The notes under the pieces were generated by a model. That model was not told the origin of the DNA, searched no databases, and saw only the letters and a program-made list of their open reading frames with translations. Position numbers and translations under genes: made by a program. Below, piece by piece: positions 9,012-19,180 of a DNA stretch of 64,000 bases; positions within the stretch are counted from its first letter, which is position 1, and each line of letters begins with the position of its first letter. The stretch covers positions 928,001-992,000 of the forward strand of contig CAVVLJ010000016.1 in the NCBI GenBank assembly GCA_963749075.1, in the 5' to 3' direction. This stretch comes from an uncultured Pseudomonadota bacterium. Its GTDB lineage: Bacteria; Pseudomonadota; Alphaproteobacteria; JACZXZ01.

Positions 9012-11012
9012 CTACACGTCGAGTTCCTTCACGAACCTCGCGTTCTCCTGGATGAAGGCGAGGCGGAGCTCGGGCTTGCGGCCCATGAGCTGCTCGACGA
9101 GGGCGGCGGTCTCGCGCGCGTCGGGCGCCTCGGCGTCCACATGGCCGTTCGGTAGCACGACCTTCAAGAGCGTGCGCGTCCTGGGGTTCATGGTGGTCTC
9201 GCGGAGCTGCTGCGGCGGCATCTCGCCCAAGCCCTTGAAGCGGCTCGTCTCGACCTTGCCGCGGCCGGCGAACTCGGCGGCCATGAGCTCGTCCTTGTGC
9301 TTGTCGTCGCGCGCGTAGAGCACCTTGCCGCCTTGCGAGAGACGGTAGAGCGGCGGGAGGGCGAGGAAGAGCCGGCCGTCCTCGATGAGCCCGCGCATCT
9401 CCTTGTAGAAGAAAGTCATGAGGAGCGAGGCGATGTGGGCGCCGTCCACGTCGGCGTCGGTCATGATGATGACGCGGTCGTAGCGCAGCTTGTCGGCGCT
9501 GTAATGGGCGCCGAGGCCGCAGCCGAGCGCCTGCACGAGGTCGGCAAGCTCCTGGTTGGCGCGCAGCTTGTCGGCCGAAGCACTCGCGACGTTGAGGATC
9601 TTGCCGCGCAAGGGGAGCACGGCCTGGCTCTCGCGCTCGCGCGCCTGCTTGGCCGAGCCGCCTGCGGAATCCCCCTCGACGAGGAAGATCTCGGTGTCCT
9701 CGGAGGAGCGGCGCGCGCAGTCGGCGAGCTTGCCGGGGAGGCGCAGGTTGCGCGTGGCGCTCTTGCGCTTGAGCTCGCGCGCATCGCGGCGGCGCTGGCG
9801 CTCCTCGGCGCGCTCGACGATGGCGTCGAGGAGGAGCTTGGAGGCCGCCGGATCGGCGGCCAGCCAATGGTCGAAATGGTCCTTGACGTGCTGCTCGACG
9901 AGGCGCGCCGCCTCCGGCATGGAGAGGCGCTCCTTGGTCTGGCCCTGGAACTGCGGATTGCGCACGAAGAGGGAGAGCATGATCACCGCCCCGTCGGCCA
10001 CGTCGTCGGCGGCGATCTGCCTCGCCTTGCGGTTGCCCGTGAGCTCGCCGTAGGCGCGCATCGCGCGGGCGAGTGCCGTGCGCAGGCCGAGCTCGTGGCT
10101 GCCGCCGTCTGGCGTCGGCACGGTGTTGCAGTAGGAGTTGAAGAGGCCCTCGCCGTCGAGCGGCCAGGCGATCGCCCATTCGACGCGGCCCTCCTCGCCC
10201 GGGAAGCGCGCCTCGCCGGCGAAGGGGAGGGGGGTGATGGTCTTGCGCTCCTCGAGCGAGGCCACGAGATAGTCCGAGAGCCCGCCGGGGAAATGGATGG
10301 TCGCCCCGGCCGGCACATCGTCGAGGCCGGCCAAGAGCTCGGGCGCGCACTTCCAGCGCATCTCGACGACGCGGGTGAGATAGGCCTTGGCGCGCGCCAT
10401 GCGGTAGACCTGCGCCGGCTTGAGATGAACCTCGTTGCCGAAGATCTGCGGGTCGGGGTGGCAGCGCACCGTGGTGCCGCGGCGGTTCGACACGGCGCCC
10501 GCGTCCTTGAGCTTGCCCTTGGGCTTGCCCCGCGCGTAGTCCTGCACCCAGAGGCGGCGGTCGCGCGCCACCTCGACGGTCAAGCGGTCGGAGAGCGCGT
10601 TCACCACCGAGAGGCCGACGCCATGGAGGCCGCCCGCCGTGCTATAAACCTTGTCGGAGAACTTGCCGCCGGAATGGAGCGTGGTGAGGATGACCTCGAG
10701 CGCGGATTTGTCCTTGAACTTGGGATGACGGTCGACCGGGATGCCGCGGCCGTTGTCGCGCACCGTAAGCGCCCCGTCGGCCGCGAGCTCGATCTCGATC
10801 CAGCTGGCATGCCCGGCGATGACCTCGTCCATGGCATTGTCGAGGAGCTCGGCCACGAGATGGTGGATGGCGCGCTCGTCGGTGCCGCCGATATACATGC
10901 CGGGCCGGCGGCGCACGGGCTCCAGCCCCTCGAGCACCTCGATGTCCTTGGCGGTATAGCTGCCGCGTCCCTTGGCGGCACCGCCCGGCGGCAGATCGAA
11001 AAGGTCGGCCAT
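9012..11012 (-). CDS. parE: DNA topoisomerase IV subunit B
   Basis: LEGLEPVRRRPGMYIG, ELLDNAMDE, GGLHGVG, LVEGDSAGGSAKQAR, PLRGKILN, IMTDADVDGAHI, RFKGLGEM; 666 aa, lacking the long GyrB insertion. Confidence 0.93.
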   Translation of the reverse strand: MADLFDLPPGGAAKGRGSYTAKDIEVLEGLEPVRRRPGMYIGGTDERAIHHLVAELLDNAMDEVIAGHASWIEIELAADGALTVRDNGRGIPVDRHPKFKDKSALEVILTTLHSGGKFSDKVYSTAGGLHGVGLSVVNALSDRLTVEVARDRRLWVQDYARGKPKGKLKDAGAVSNRRGTTVRCHPDPQIFGNEVHLKPAQVYRMARAKAYLTRVVEMRWKCAPELLAGLDDVPAGATIHFPGGLSDYLVASLEERKTITPLPFAGEARFPGEEGRVEWAIAWPLDGEGLFNSYCNTVPTPDGGSHELGLRTALARAMRAYGELTGNRKARQIAADDVADGAVIMLSLFVRNPQFQGQTKERLSMPEAARLVEQHVKDHFDHWLAADPAASKLLLDAIVERAEERQRRRDARELKRKSATRNLRLPGKLADCARRSSEDTEIFLVEGDSAGGSAKQARERESQAVLPLRGKILNVASASADKLRANQELADLVQALGCGLGAHYSADKLRYDRVIIMTDADVDGAHIASLLMTFFYKEMRGLIEDGRLFLALPPLYRLSQGGKVLYARDDKHKDELMAAEFAGRGKVETSRFKGLGEMPPQQLRETTMNPRTRTLLKVVLPNGHVDAEAPDARETAALVEQLMGRKPELRLAFIQENARFVKELDV

Positions 11013-11110
11013 GACGGGCATTATGGTGGGGCAGGCGGCCGGCTTCAAGGGCATGCTGTGTGTTGTTGCAACGCATTCAACAAGATGTTGTGGGCAAAGG
11101 GAGCAGGACC

Positions 11111-11548
11111 ATGACCGAGCGAGCGCCGGCGCAGGATGAGGGGGCGCGGCCCGGGGCGATGCGGGAGCCCGGCGAGCCGCGCGGCGAGCTGCAGATCCGC
11201 ACGGCGACGCGCCCCGCGGACACCAACCAGAACGGCGACATCTTCGGCGGCTGGGTGCTCGGCCAGATGGACGTGGCCGGCGGCATCTTCGCCTCGAAGA
11301 TCGCCAACGGGCGGGTGGTGACCGTGGCGGTCGACGGCATGACCTTCAAGCGGCCGGTCTATGTGGGCGACGTGCTCTGCGTCTATGCCGATCTGGTGCG
11401 CGTCGGCACGAGCTCGATCACCGTATGGATCGAATCCTGGGTGCTGCGGCGCAATGCTGGCGAGCGCATCCTGGTCACCGAGGGTAATTTCACCTACGTC
11501 GCGATCGACGACGAGGGGCGGCCGCGGCGCGCGAAGGCTTCGCAGTAG
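11111..11548 (+). CDS. Acyl-CoA thioesterase (YciA-like hotdog fold)
   Basis: PADTNQNGDIFGGWVLGQMDVAG, FKRPVYVGD, FTYVAIDDEGRPR. Confidence 0.92.
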   Translation: MTERAPAQDEGARPGAMREPGEPRGELQIRTATRPADTNQNGDIFGGWVLGQMDVAGGIFASKIANGRVVTVAVDGMTFKRPVYVGDVLCVYADLVRVGTSSITVWIESWVLRRNAGERILVTEGNFTYVAIDDEGRPRRAKASQ

Positions 11549-11711
11549 GGTTGGCGCGGCAATGGTCAGAAATTGGTGCCAGAACAACGCACTAAAGGGC
11601 TCCTGAAAAATTTTGAAACGACACCGTTGCGTTTCCACAGGATTTTTGCTAGGTCTTCGTATGTTGGTAAGGCGCACGAGCCCGCGCCGACACTCTTAGG
11701 AGTATGCCACC

Positions 11712-12035
11712 ATGACGCTCAAGGCTGCCGCGATCTCGCTTGCCGTTGCTGGCGCCATCGCCTTGGCACCTCTGTCATCCGCCTCGGCCCGCGACTTCCA
11801 TCACGGCCGCGGCATTCTGTTCGGACTGTTCGGCCTGGGGGCGGCGGCGGTCATCGCCGCGGCCACGCTGGCGACGGCGCCGGTCGTGGCGCTGGCCGGG
11901 GGCGCTCCCGGCTATTACGCCCCGCCCGCGCCGGCCTACTACTACCCGCCGCCGGGCTACTACTATCCGCCGCGCGCCTATTATGCGCCGCCCGCCTACT
12001 ATGCCCCGCCTCGCGTGGGATATGGCGCGCAATAG
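11712..12035 (+). CDS. Small exported/membrane protein with Pro/Tyr-rich C-terminal repeats
   Basis: Signal peptide ending ASA, hydrophobic segment, then repeated YY(A/P)PP; AGGAG RBS. Confidence 0.75.
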   Translation: MTLKAAAISLAVAGAIALAPLSSASARDFHHGRGILFGLFGLGAAAVIAAATLATAPVVALAGGAPGYYAPPAPAYYYPPPGYYYPPRAYYAPPAYYAPPRVGYGAQ

Positions 12036-12129
12036 AAAGGCACGTCTGCTGCCCTCGCGTCGGATACGCCGCCTCGGCTGTCTGAGCGAAGCGAGCGCGC
12101 GCTAGGCGGCGCGCCGACGGGAGGTGCAG

Positions 12130-12843
12130 GTGGCGAACGAGGCAGCGCGCGGAAATGCGACGGGGGGCGTGGCGCGCCGCGGCGGACGGCCGCCGCGCCT
12201 TGAGGCCGAGCAGATCCGCGAGCGCATCCTCGACATCGCCACGGCGCTCTTCTTGAGCCAAGGCTATGGCGCCACCAGCATCGAGGCGGTGGCCAAGCGC
12301 GCCCGCATCTCCAAGCGCACCTTCTACCACCGCTTCCGCGACAAGGCCGATCTCTTCGGCGCCGTCGTGCATCGCCTTGTCGAACGGCTGCGGCCGCCGC
12401 CCCAGAACGAGGGGCAGCTCTTCGACGGCGGCGAGCTCAAGGAGATCCTCGAACGCCTTGCGGCCTTCATCCTGCGCGCAGCGCTCTCCGCGGAGGCGCT
12501 GGCGCTGCAACGCGTGATCCTCGCCGAGGCGACGCGTTTTCCCGAGCTGGCCGCCGTCGTGAACGAGCGCGGCGCACGCCAGCAGGCGATCGAGCGTATC
12601 GCCGGACTCCTCGAGCGCACGGCCCCTCCCGGCCACCCCGGCGCCGCACGCTCCCGCTTCGCCGCCGAGCAATTCCTCCTGATGGTGGTCTCGGCGCCGC
12701 AGCGCCGCGCCCTCGGCCTGGGCACGCCGCTCTCGCCGGCGGAGCTCGACGGCTGGGCGCGCGCTGCCGTCGACCTCTTCCTCAACGGCTGGCTGCCGCG
12801 AGAAATCAAGAATTTACAAGGCCCGATGAACGAGCAAGGATAG
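12130..12843 (+). CDS. TetR/AcrR-family regulator
   Basis: GGRPP...ILDIATALFLSQGYGATSIEAVAKRARISKRTFYHRFRDKADLF; C-terminal RFPEL and AVDLFLNG; start GTG 12130 or 12124. Confidence 0.92.
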   Translation: MANEAARGNATGGVARRGGRPPRLEAEQIRERILDIATALFLSQGYGATSIEAVAKRARISKRTFYHRFRDKADLFGAVVHRLVERLRPPPQNEGQLFDGGELKEILERLAAFILRAALSAEALALQRVILAEATRFPELAAVVNERGARQQAIERIAGLLERTAPPGHPGAARSRFAAEQFLLMVVSAPQRRALGLGTPLSPAELDGWARAAVDLFLNGWLPREIKNLQGPMNEQG

Positions 12844-12846
12844 CGT

Positions 12847-12921
12847 CCCATGTGCAAGACGCCCATGTGGAAGACGCCCATGTGGAAGACGCCCATGTGG
12901 AAGACGCCCATGGGCAAGACG
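12847..12921 (+). repeat. Tandem repeat, 5 x 15 bp (CCCATGTGGAAGACG consensus)
   Basis: Units at 12847, 12862, 12877, 12892 and 12907; central three identical, first and last are variants. Confidence 0.95.
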
Positions 12922-13491
12922 AATGCCTTGCGGGCGCAAAACGAGCCGCCTGCCGACGCCGAGCGCGAGGCGGCGCTCGCGGCACTTGCCGGCATGGCGC
13001 GGCGGTTCGAGGCCGTCCTCGCCGCGATCCCGGCGGAGCTTTGGCGCGAGCCGCCCGCGGCCGGCGGCTTTGCGCTGGTCGAGCACGCCTGCCACCTGCG
13101 CGACATCGAAATGGAAGGCTATCGCGTGCGCCTCGAGCGCATGCTCGCGGAAGCCGCACCGCTCCTTCCCGACCTCGACGGCGCCAAGCTCGCGCGCGAG
13201 CGCAATTACCTCGGCGAGGACCTGAGGGCGGGCTTAGGTGCCTTCGCAAGCGCGCGCGGCGAGGTCGTCCGCCGCCTGGCCGGCCTCACGTCCGCCGAGC
13301 GGCGCCGCTGCGGCACGCTCGAAGGTGTGGGCGAGATCACCATCGACGGCCTCGTCGCCAAGATGCTCGAGCACGACCGCGAACATCTTGCCGAGCTCGC
13401 GGCACTCCGAGGCGGAGCTCCTCGCGCGCGCTCGCCGCTCAATGCAGGGCGAAAACCGGTAGATCGGCGTCCTGCAGCATGGCGCGCGTGA
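12850..13491 (+). CDS. DinB-family protein (start uncertain within the tandem repeat)
   Basis: FALVEHACHLRDIE...HDREHLAEL His pattern of DinB_2; 3' end overlaps the convergent USP gene by 53 bp. Confidence 0.8.
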   Translation: MCKTPMWKTPMWKTPMWKTPMGKTNALRAQNEPPADAEREAALAALAGMARRFEAVLAAIPAELWREPPAAGGFALVEHACHLRDIEMEGYRVRLERMLAEAAPLLPDLDGAKLARERNYLGEDLRAGLGAFASARGEVVRRLAGLTSAERRRCGTLEGVGEITIDGLVAKMLEHDREHLAELAALRGGAPRARSPLNAGRKPVDRRPAAWRA

Positions 13492-14308
13492 AGCCGCCGA
13501 ATATGAGCTCCCGCGCGCGGCTGTGGCCGTAGGCGCCCATGACGATGAGATCCGCTTTGAGCCTGCGGGCGGCGGCGAGCAGCGCCTCGGGGCCGCGCTG
13601 CCCTTTCGCCGCGATGGTGCGGCTCGTGGCATTGAGGCCGTGCCAGCGGAGCTGGAGCGCCACGCCCTCGGCCGCGTCCTTGTCCTGCCGGGCGCTCTCG
13701 CCGATGCTGAGCACGGCAATCTTCTTCGCCTTGCCGAGGAGCGGCATGGCAGCACTCACCGCGCGCGCCGCCTCGGCCGAATCCTTCCAGGCGACGACCA
13801 CGGTGCGGGCGATCTCCTTCGGCGGCTCCGGCGGTGCCAGGAGCAGCGGCCGTCCGCTGCCGATCAGGATGCTGCCCACCGTGCCGAGCGGCAAGCCGCG
13901 GTCCGCCGCGGGGCGGGCCAGCACGACGAGGTCGTTGGCCCGCGCGCTGAGCGTGATGCGCTCGACCGCGTTGCCCACGCTTTCGCGCCAGGCGACAGAG
14001 ACCGCCGCGGTCTTGGCCGGCGCCGTGCGCCGCTTGATGTCCTCGCGCCGGCAGAACTCGTCGAATGTCCGCCGCGCGCGCCCGAGGCGGGCCTCCTCGC
14101 GCTTCTCGAGATCGTCCAGCAGGTCGGCGGTGACGACGCCGGCAGCCATGTCGCCGGCTCCCGCCATCACGAGCGTCTCGGTCGGATCGGCGCGGCAGAA
14201 GATGACCTCGAGATGGGCGGTGAAGAGCCGGGCCACGGTCGCGGCGGTGCGGAGCGCCGGATCGTCGCTGTCGTCGCCGGTCACGGGCACCAGAATGGTC
14301 TTGATCAC
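13439..14308 (-). CDS. Universal stress protein (tandem USP domains)
   Basis: IKTILVPV, VVAWKDSAEAARAV, ADLIVMGAYGHSRARELIFGGFTR; GGAGG RBS and GTG start. Confidence 0.92.
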   Translation of the reverse strand: MIKTILVPVTGDDSDDPALRTAATVARLFTAHLEVIFCRADPTETLVMAGAGDMAAGVVTADLLDDLEKREEARLGRARRTFDEFCRREDIKRRTAPAKTAAVSVAWRESVGNAVERITLSARANDLVVLARPAADRGLPLGTVGSILIGSGRPLLLAPPEPPKEIARTVVVAWKDSAEAARAVSAAMPLLGKAKKIAVLSIGESARQDKDAAEGVALQLRWHGLNATSRTIAAKGQRGPEALLAAARRLKADLIVMGAYGHSRARELIFGGFTRAMLQDADLPVFALH

Positions 14309-14448
14309 GGTGCTGACATCCTCCGTCGGGGTCGCGGCACCCCGTCTATAGCGCGCGCCGCATCATTCGACAAGGTGAGCGGCATGCCGCGCGAGGCCGC
14401 GGGTGGCTGCGTCGCTTAGGCCGAATGGTGCAGGGCTGCCGGGTGATC

Positions 14449-15030
14449 TTAGGCGGGACGACGCGCTGATTTGGCCGTGCTGAGATGGCGGGCGCGTTCC
14501 TCCTCCGCTGTATCGATCGCGAGCTGGGGCGCGCGGTCGCGCATCAGCGACAAGGCCCTCTCATGGGCCTCGGGGGTCTTGGCGCCGCAGGCGTTGGCCA
14601 CGACGCGCACGAAGGCGCCGTCGTCGATCGCGGCCAGCGCCGTTGCCAGCACGCAGCAATCGGTGGAGACGCCGCAGAGCACGATCGGCGCCGTCTTTCC
14701 CGTGATCCGCTGGAGCTCCGGAATCCACTTGGAGAATTTGTGGCTGTCCACGCTTGGCGCATTGCGCCACGGCCCGGCGAGCGCCCACAGCTCGTGCTCG
14801 GGCGGCGCCGCAGCGAAACTCCATTTGCGGTAATAGTCGCTCCAGCTGCCCGCGATGTCGCCGGGCGGCACGAAGCGCGTGAAGACCGTTCGCGGAGCGA
14901 AGAGCGGCAGGAGCCCCGCGATCTTCTCCGCGACGGCCGCGAACGGCGGCGTGCACCATGGGCTGTCGCGCTCCGCGAAGACGTTCTGCATGTCGATGAC
15001 GACGAGCCAGCCGGCATCATGTGCGCCCAT
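14449..15030 (-). CDS. Isochorismatase-family cysteine hydrolase
   Basis: LVVIDMQNVF, KFSKW, LCGVSTDCCVLATALAAID. Confidence 0.88.
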   Translation of the reverse strand: MGAHDAGWLVVIDMQNVFAERDSPWCTPPFAAVAEKIAGLLPLFAPRTVFTRFVPPGDIAGSWSDYYRKWSFAAAPPEHELWALAGPWRNAPSVDSHKFSKWIPELQRITGKTAPIVLCGVSTDCCVLATALAAIDDGAFVRVVANACGAKTPEAHERALSLMRDRAPQLAIDTAEEERARHLSTAKSARRPA

Positions 15031-15049
15031 CGCCGCCCTTACCCCGTGC

Positions 15050-15860
15050 TCACGAGACCCGCGAGAGGAACGCGCGCGTGCGCGAGTTCTCCGATGCGGC
15101 GAGAACCTGCTCCGGCGCACCGCTCTCGACGATGACGCCGCCGTCCATGACGGCGACCACGTCCGCCACGTCCCGCGCAAACGAGATCTCGTGGGTGACG
15201 ATGATCATCGTCATGCCGCCCGCGGCAAGCGCTCGGATGACGTTCGAGCACCTCGCCGACGAGCTCGGGGTCGAGCGCCGAGGTCGGCTCGTCGAACAGC
15301 ATGAGCTTCGGGCGCATCGCCAATGCCCGGGCGATGGCGACCCGCTGCTGCTGCCCGCCGGAGAGATGCCGCGGGTAGCTCTGCGCCTTGTCGGCGAGGC
15401 CGACCTTCTTAAGGAGCTCATGCGCCCGCTCCATGACTTCGGCCCGCGGCTCGCGCTTGATGCGCATGGGCGCGTCGGTCACGTTGCCGAGCACCGTCAT
15501 GTGGGCGAAAAGATTGAAGTTCTGGAACACCATGCCGATCTCGGAGCGCTGCCGGCAAAGCTCCCTCTCGCTGAGCTCGTGGAGCTCGCCGTCGCGCTCG
15601 CGATAGCCGATGGGATGACCGTCCACGTAGATGAGGCCGCGGTCGATGGTCTCGAGGCCGTTGATGCACCTCAGCAAGGTGCTCTTGCCGGCGCCGGAGG
15701 GGCCGAGGAGACAGACGACCTGGCTCTTCCAGGCCGCGAAATGCACGCCCTTCAGGACCAGGTTGGCACCGCGCGATTTCCAGACGTCGATGCCCTCCAC
15801 CATCGCGCGCCCCGCGGCACGATGCGATCCGGCGTCGTTCGGTTGCTCTGCCGTCTTCAC
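15050..15860 (-). pseudogene. Polar amino-acid ABC transporter ATPase (GlnQ-like) with a +1 frameshift near 15243
   Basis: [33 protein letters not shown] in one frame; the expected continuation [27 protein letters not shown]...RTRAFLSRV lies in another frame. One extra base at 15243-15244; may be a sequencing error. Confidence 0.85.
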
Positions 15861-15951
15861 CGCTGCGGCCTGCCCATGCGAAGCATCGCCAATCTATCTG
15901 CGCCGCGCGGCACTCGCAAGGAGCTGCGCGCCGGCGCGCAAGCGAGCACGC

Positions 15952-16905
15952 TCAGCGCGGCAAGCCGGCCGCGGCGCGCGGGTGCCGCGCGTGCTCCGGC
16001 TCCCGCCGTGGCGAGGGAAATTGGGCGAGCAGCCATTCCTGAAAGGCAAGCGCCTCGCCGCTCGACTTCCTGTCGGCGATGACGAAGTAGTAGGCGCCGT
16101 CGGTGTGCATCACGGCGTCGACCGGCCGCACCAGGGTGCCGCGGGCGAGGAGATCGTCGGTCAAGAGGCTCCAGCCGAGTGCTATGCCCTGTCCCGCGCA
16201 GGCCGCCTGCAGCAAGAGGGGCAGGCTGTTGAATTTGATGTGCCGATGATTGGTGTTGCTGACGCCCTGGCTGGCGAACCACAGCGACCAGTCGATGAGG
16301 TTGACGCGGTTGCCGTCCAGCATGAGCAGTATCTCGCCGAGCAGCTGCTGCACGTTGCCGAGCGCCGGACGGCCGCCGAGATAGGACGGGCTGCAGACGG
16401 GAAAGGCGTCCCCCTCCCTGAGGAAGGTGGTGCTGAACCCGGGCCAGGAGCCGCGGCCGAAGGCGATGCCGACGTCCGCACGGTCGGCGACGGCGTCGAA
16501 GCCGAGGTCGGAGGCCACGATGTGGACGTCGATGTCCGGGTGGAGGGCGCGGAAGTCCGGCAGCCGGGGCACCAGCCAGAAGGTGGCGATCGCCGAGGTG
16601 GTCCCGATCATGACGGTGGGTTGGCCCGCGCTGCGGACGTCCTCCGCCGCGGTGGCGATGCATTCGAAGCTCATGGCTACGGCGCGGTAGAGCCGGCGGC
16701 CCTCGGAGGTGAGCTCGAGGCCGCGATGCTGGCGCACGAAGAGGGCAATGCCGAGCTCGAGCTCGAGCGCGCGCACCTGCTGGCTGACCGCCGCCTGGGT
16801 CACCTTGAGCTCGCGCGCGGCGCTGGTGAAGCTCAGCTGCCGCGCCGCCGCCTCGAACGCCATCAATCCGGAAAGGCGCGGCAGGCGCCTCGAAAATCCG
16901 CTCAT
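15952..16905 (-). CDS. LysR-family regulator (GcvA-like)
   Basis: LPRLSGLMAFEAAARQLSFTSAARELKVTQAAVSQQVRALE; WLVPRLPDFRALHPDI. Confidence 0.93.
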   Translation of the reverse strand: MSGFSRRLPRLSGLMAFEAAARQLSFTSAARELKVTQAAVSQQVRALELELGIALFVRQHRGLELTSEGRRLYRAVAMSFECIATAAEDVRSAGQPTVMIGTTSAIATFWLVPRLPDFRALHPDIDVHIVASDLGFDAVADRADVGIAFGRGSWPGFSTTFLREGDAFPVCSPSYLGGRPALGNVQQLLGEILLMLDGNRVNLIDWSLWFASQGVSNTNHRHIKFNSLPLLLQAACAGQGIALGWSLLTDDLLARGTLVRPVDAVMHTDGAYYFVIADRKSSGEALAFQEWLLAQFPSPRREPEHARHPRAAAGLPR

Positions 16906-17004
16906 CGGGCCCCTCGGCGCTGGCGTGGAACCGGGAACGCTGGCAGATCGCAAGAATGATAGAGGAATAGTGCCCCTCGCACCCGCGGTCCAGCCCTAAG
17001 CAGG

Positions 17005-17572
<568 letters not shown>

Positions 17573-17717
17573 CGACAGCGCTTGGGTCGGCCCGCCGACG
17601 GGTCAAAGCCTAGCGCTCCACCTGGCGCAAAACCGTAAAGTCGACCTATGGGCAACATTGATTACATCCCTCGTTGTGTGTTTCAATCCAGGCTTGCAGA
17701 TGCTCTGGGGGAAGAGC

Positions 17718-18437
17718 ATGGGTGGGATGCATGAATTCCGAACCCGGTTTCCGGTGGAGGCCGGTAAGGTTGATAACGATACGGGATTGCCTAATGCGGT
17801 CACGGTCGCCTTCTGGCGTGACGTTGACAATTGGGACGGTATAGTGCCAATTGAGGAACACGTTCAACAGTGCTGCATTCGGGCCAACTTTTCAGGTAAC
17901 AAAGTGGCTCTACTGCGGGGCGAGAATCTGGGTACATCGCAGCAACCGACGAGCATTGCGAACGCCGTTGCGAGCCCAAAGACGTTGGACCCAACTCACG
18001 CTCCCCCGCCTCTACGCCACGAAGCCGAGCGATGGTTGCGCGGCATCGCATCTACTGTCGATGCGACCAGCGCCCTCACGGAATTTAAACGCCTATTCGG
18101 CTCATTCCGGCTACGAAACCATAGGATTTTTGCATTTCGAAATCCGGATAACCCTCGCAATCCTTTAGGTGTTCCAAATCTTGATATCCACTTCCGTCGA
18201 CTCGCGATACCAGGCGCGAATCCCGCCGATTATCTCATGCTCGCCTACGAGCCGGATGGCGCAGACGAGGTCCGCCAGCCCACGGCCCTCGACGCAGGCA
18301 ATGATCTCAGGAACCTGGAAATGTTCGAGCCCGGCGGCTATACACGACCCGAGGGCGGCCTTGATGGCGTACCTGAAGTCGTTACGACGCCCCCTTTGGG
18401 CCGCCAAGTGACAGTTCCGCCAAGGCAAATACGATGA
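17718..18437 (+). CDS. Hypothetical protein (island ORF1); C-terminal RxPTxxDAG...FxPGGxT...GxPEVV motif, possibly ART/toxin-like
   Basis: About 239-aa open frame in low-GC DNA; GGGGAAG before ATG 17718 (alternative ATG 17727); stop overlaps the next start (ATGA). Function is inferred only. Confidence 0.7.
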   Translation: MGGMHEFRTRFPVEAGKVDNDTGLPNAVTVAFWRDVDNWDGIVPIEEHVQQCCIRANFSGNKVALLRGENLGTSQQPTSIANAVASPKTLDPTHAPPPLRHEAERWLRGIASTVDATSALTEFKRLFGSFRLRNHRIFAFRNPDNPRNPLGVPNLDIHFRRLAIPGANPADYLMLAYEPDGADEVRQPTALDAGNDLRNLEMFEPGGYTRPEGGLDGVPEVVTTPPLGRQVTVPPRQIR

Positions 18438-19180
18438 CCAAGGCGCAATGGAAGGAGCTAATTCTTCGCGTGATTTTGACCGCAGGTGCGGAACCGCCCG
18501 ATCGGTCCGGGCGGACCCCATACGATCTCCTGACTGATCGGATGCGTTCTCTCGACAACGGCGATGACGAGTGGAACCGCGCACTTGGCGCCGTTGTAGA
18601 GATTGTGCGCAATCCCGACGGGGCGGATGTTCAGGCATGGCTGCGGCTCATAGGGTTGCTTGAGGAGCTTGCGCCATTGCCGCGCAAAGTTAGAGAAACA
18701 CTGGTTGGGTCGGTTGAAGCGCGCCAGCCCGCTAATTCGGATTTCCGTGCATACCTCATCCGAGTGCTTGCATCAGTAGACGCCCCAATCGATTGGGAAA
18801 GACTACGGCGAAGTGGCATTTCCGAAGAATTCTCACGCAACTCACCCCTGGTGTGGGCGGATGCACTTGTTTGTGGAAATCGCCTCGATGAGGCCTGCGG
18901 TATAGTTCGGCATCTTCTTTCGTCCGACACAGTTACCGCCGAATCTGTCGCAGAATTGCTCAGCCGTTGGAGCTACCGACTGCCAAACGATGAGACGAAG
19001 GAAATCTTCAACGATTTCCGGGATGCGGCAAAACCTGCGGAGCGTCATATATTTGACGAGTGGGCTAGACGTTCCGGACACGGGGAGTGGGCCTCGCGCG
19101 ATCCGCGGCCTCTAGCGAGGACGAGGCCGTCTCTTATGGGCGACGATGAGCGGGATTGGCTCCGGCAGGTTTCAGCATAA
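18434..19180 (+). CDS. Hypothetical, apparently alpha-helical protein (island ORF2)
   Basis: 248-aa ORF in low-GC DNA with ATGA coupling to ORF1; amphipathic helical pattern; no recognisable motif. Confidence 0.75.
   Translation: MTKAQWKELILRVILTAGAEPPDRSGRTPYDLLTDRMRSLDNGDDEWNRALGAVVEIVRNPDGADVQAWLRLIGLLEELAPLPRKVRETLVGSVEARQPANSDFRAYLIRVLASVDAPIDWERLRRSGISEEFSRNSPLVWADALVCGNRLDEACGIVRHLLSSDTVTAESVAELLSRWSYRLPNDETKEIFNDFRDAAKPAERHIFDEWARRSGHGEWASRDPRPLARTRPSLMGDDERDWLRQVSA

Noticed and set aside
12847-12921. Possible CRISPR array
   Set aside because: Units are contiguous 15-mers with no spacers, and there are no cas genes in the window
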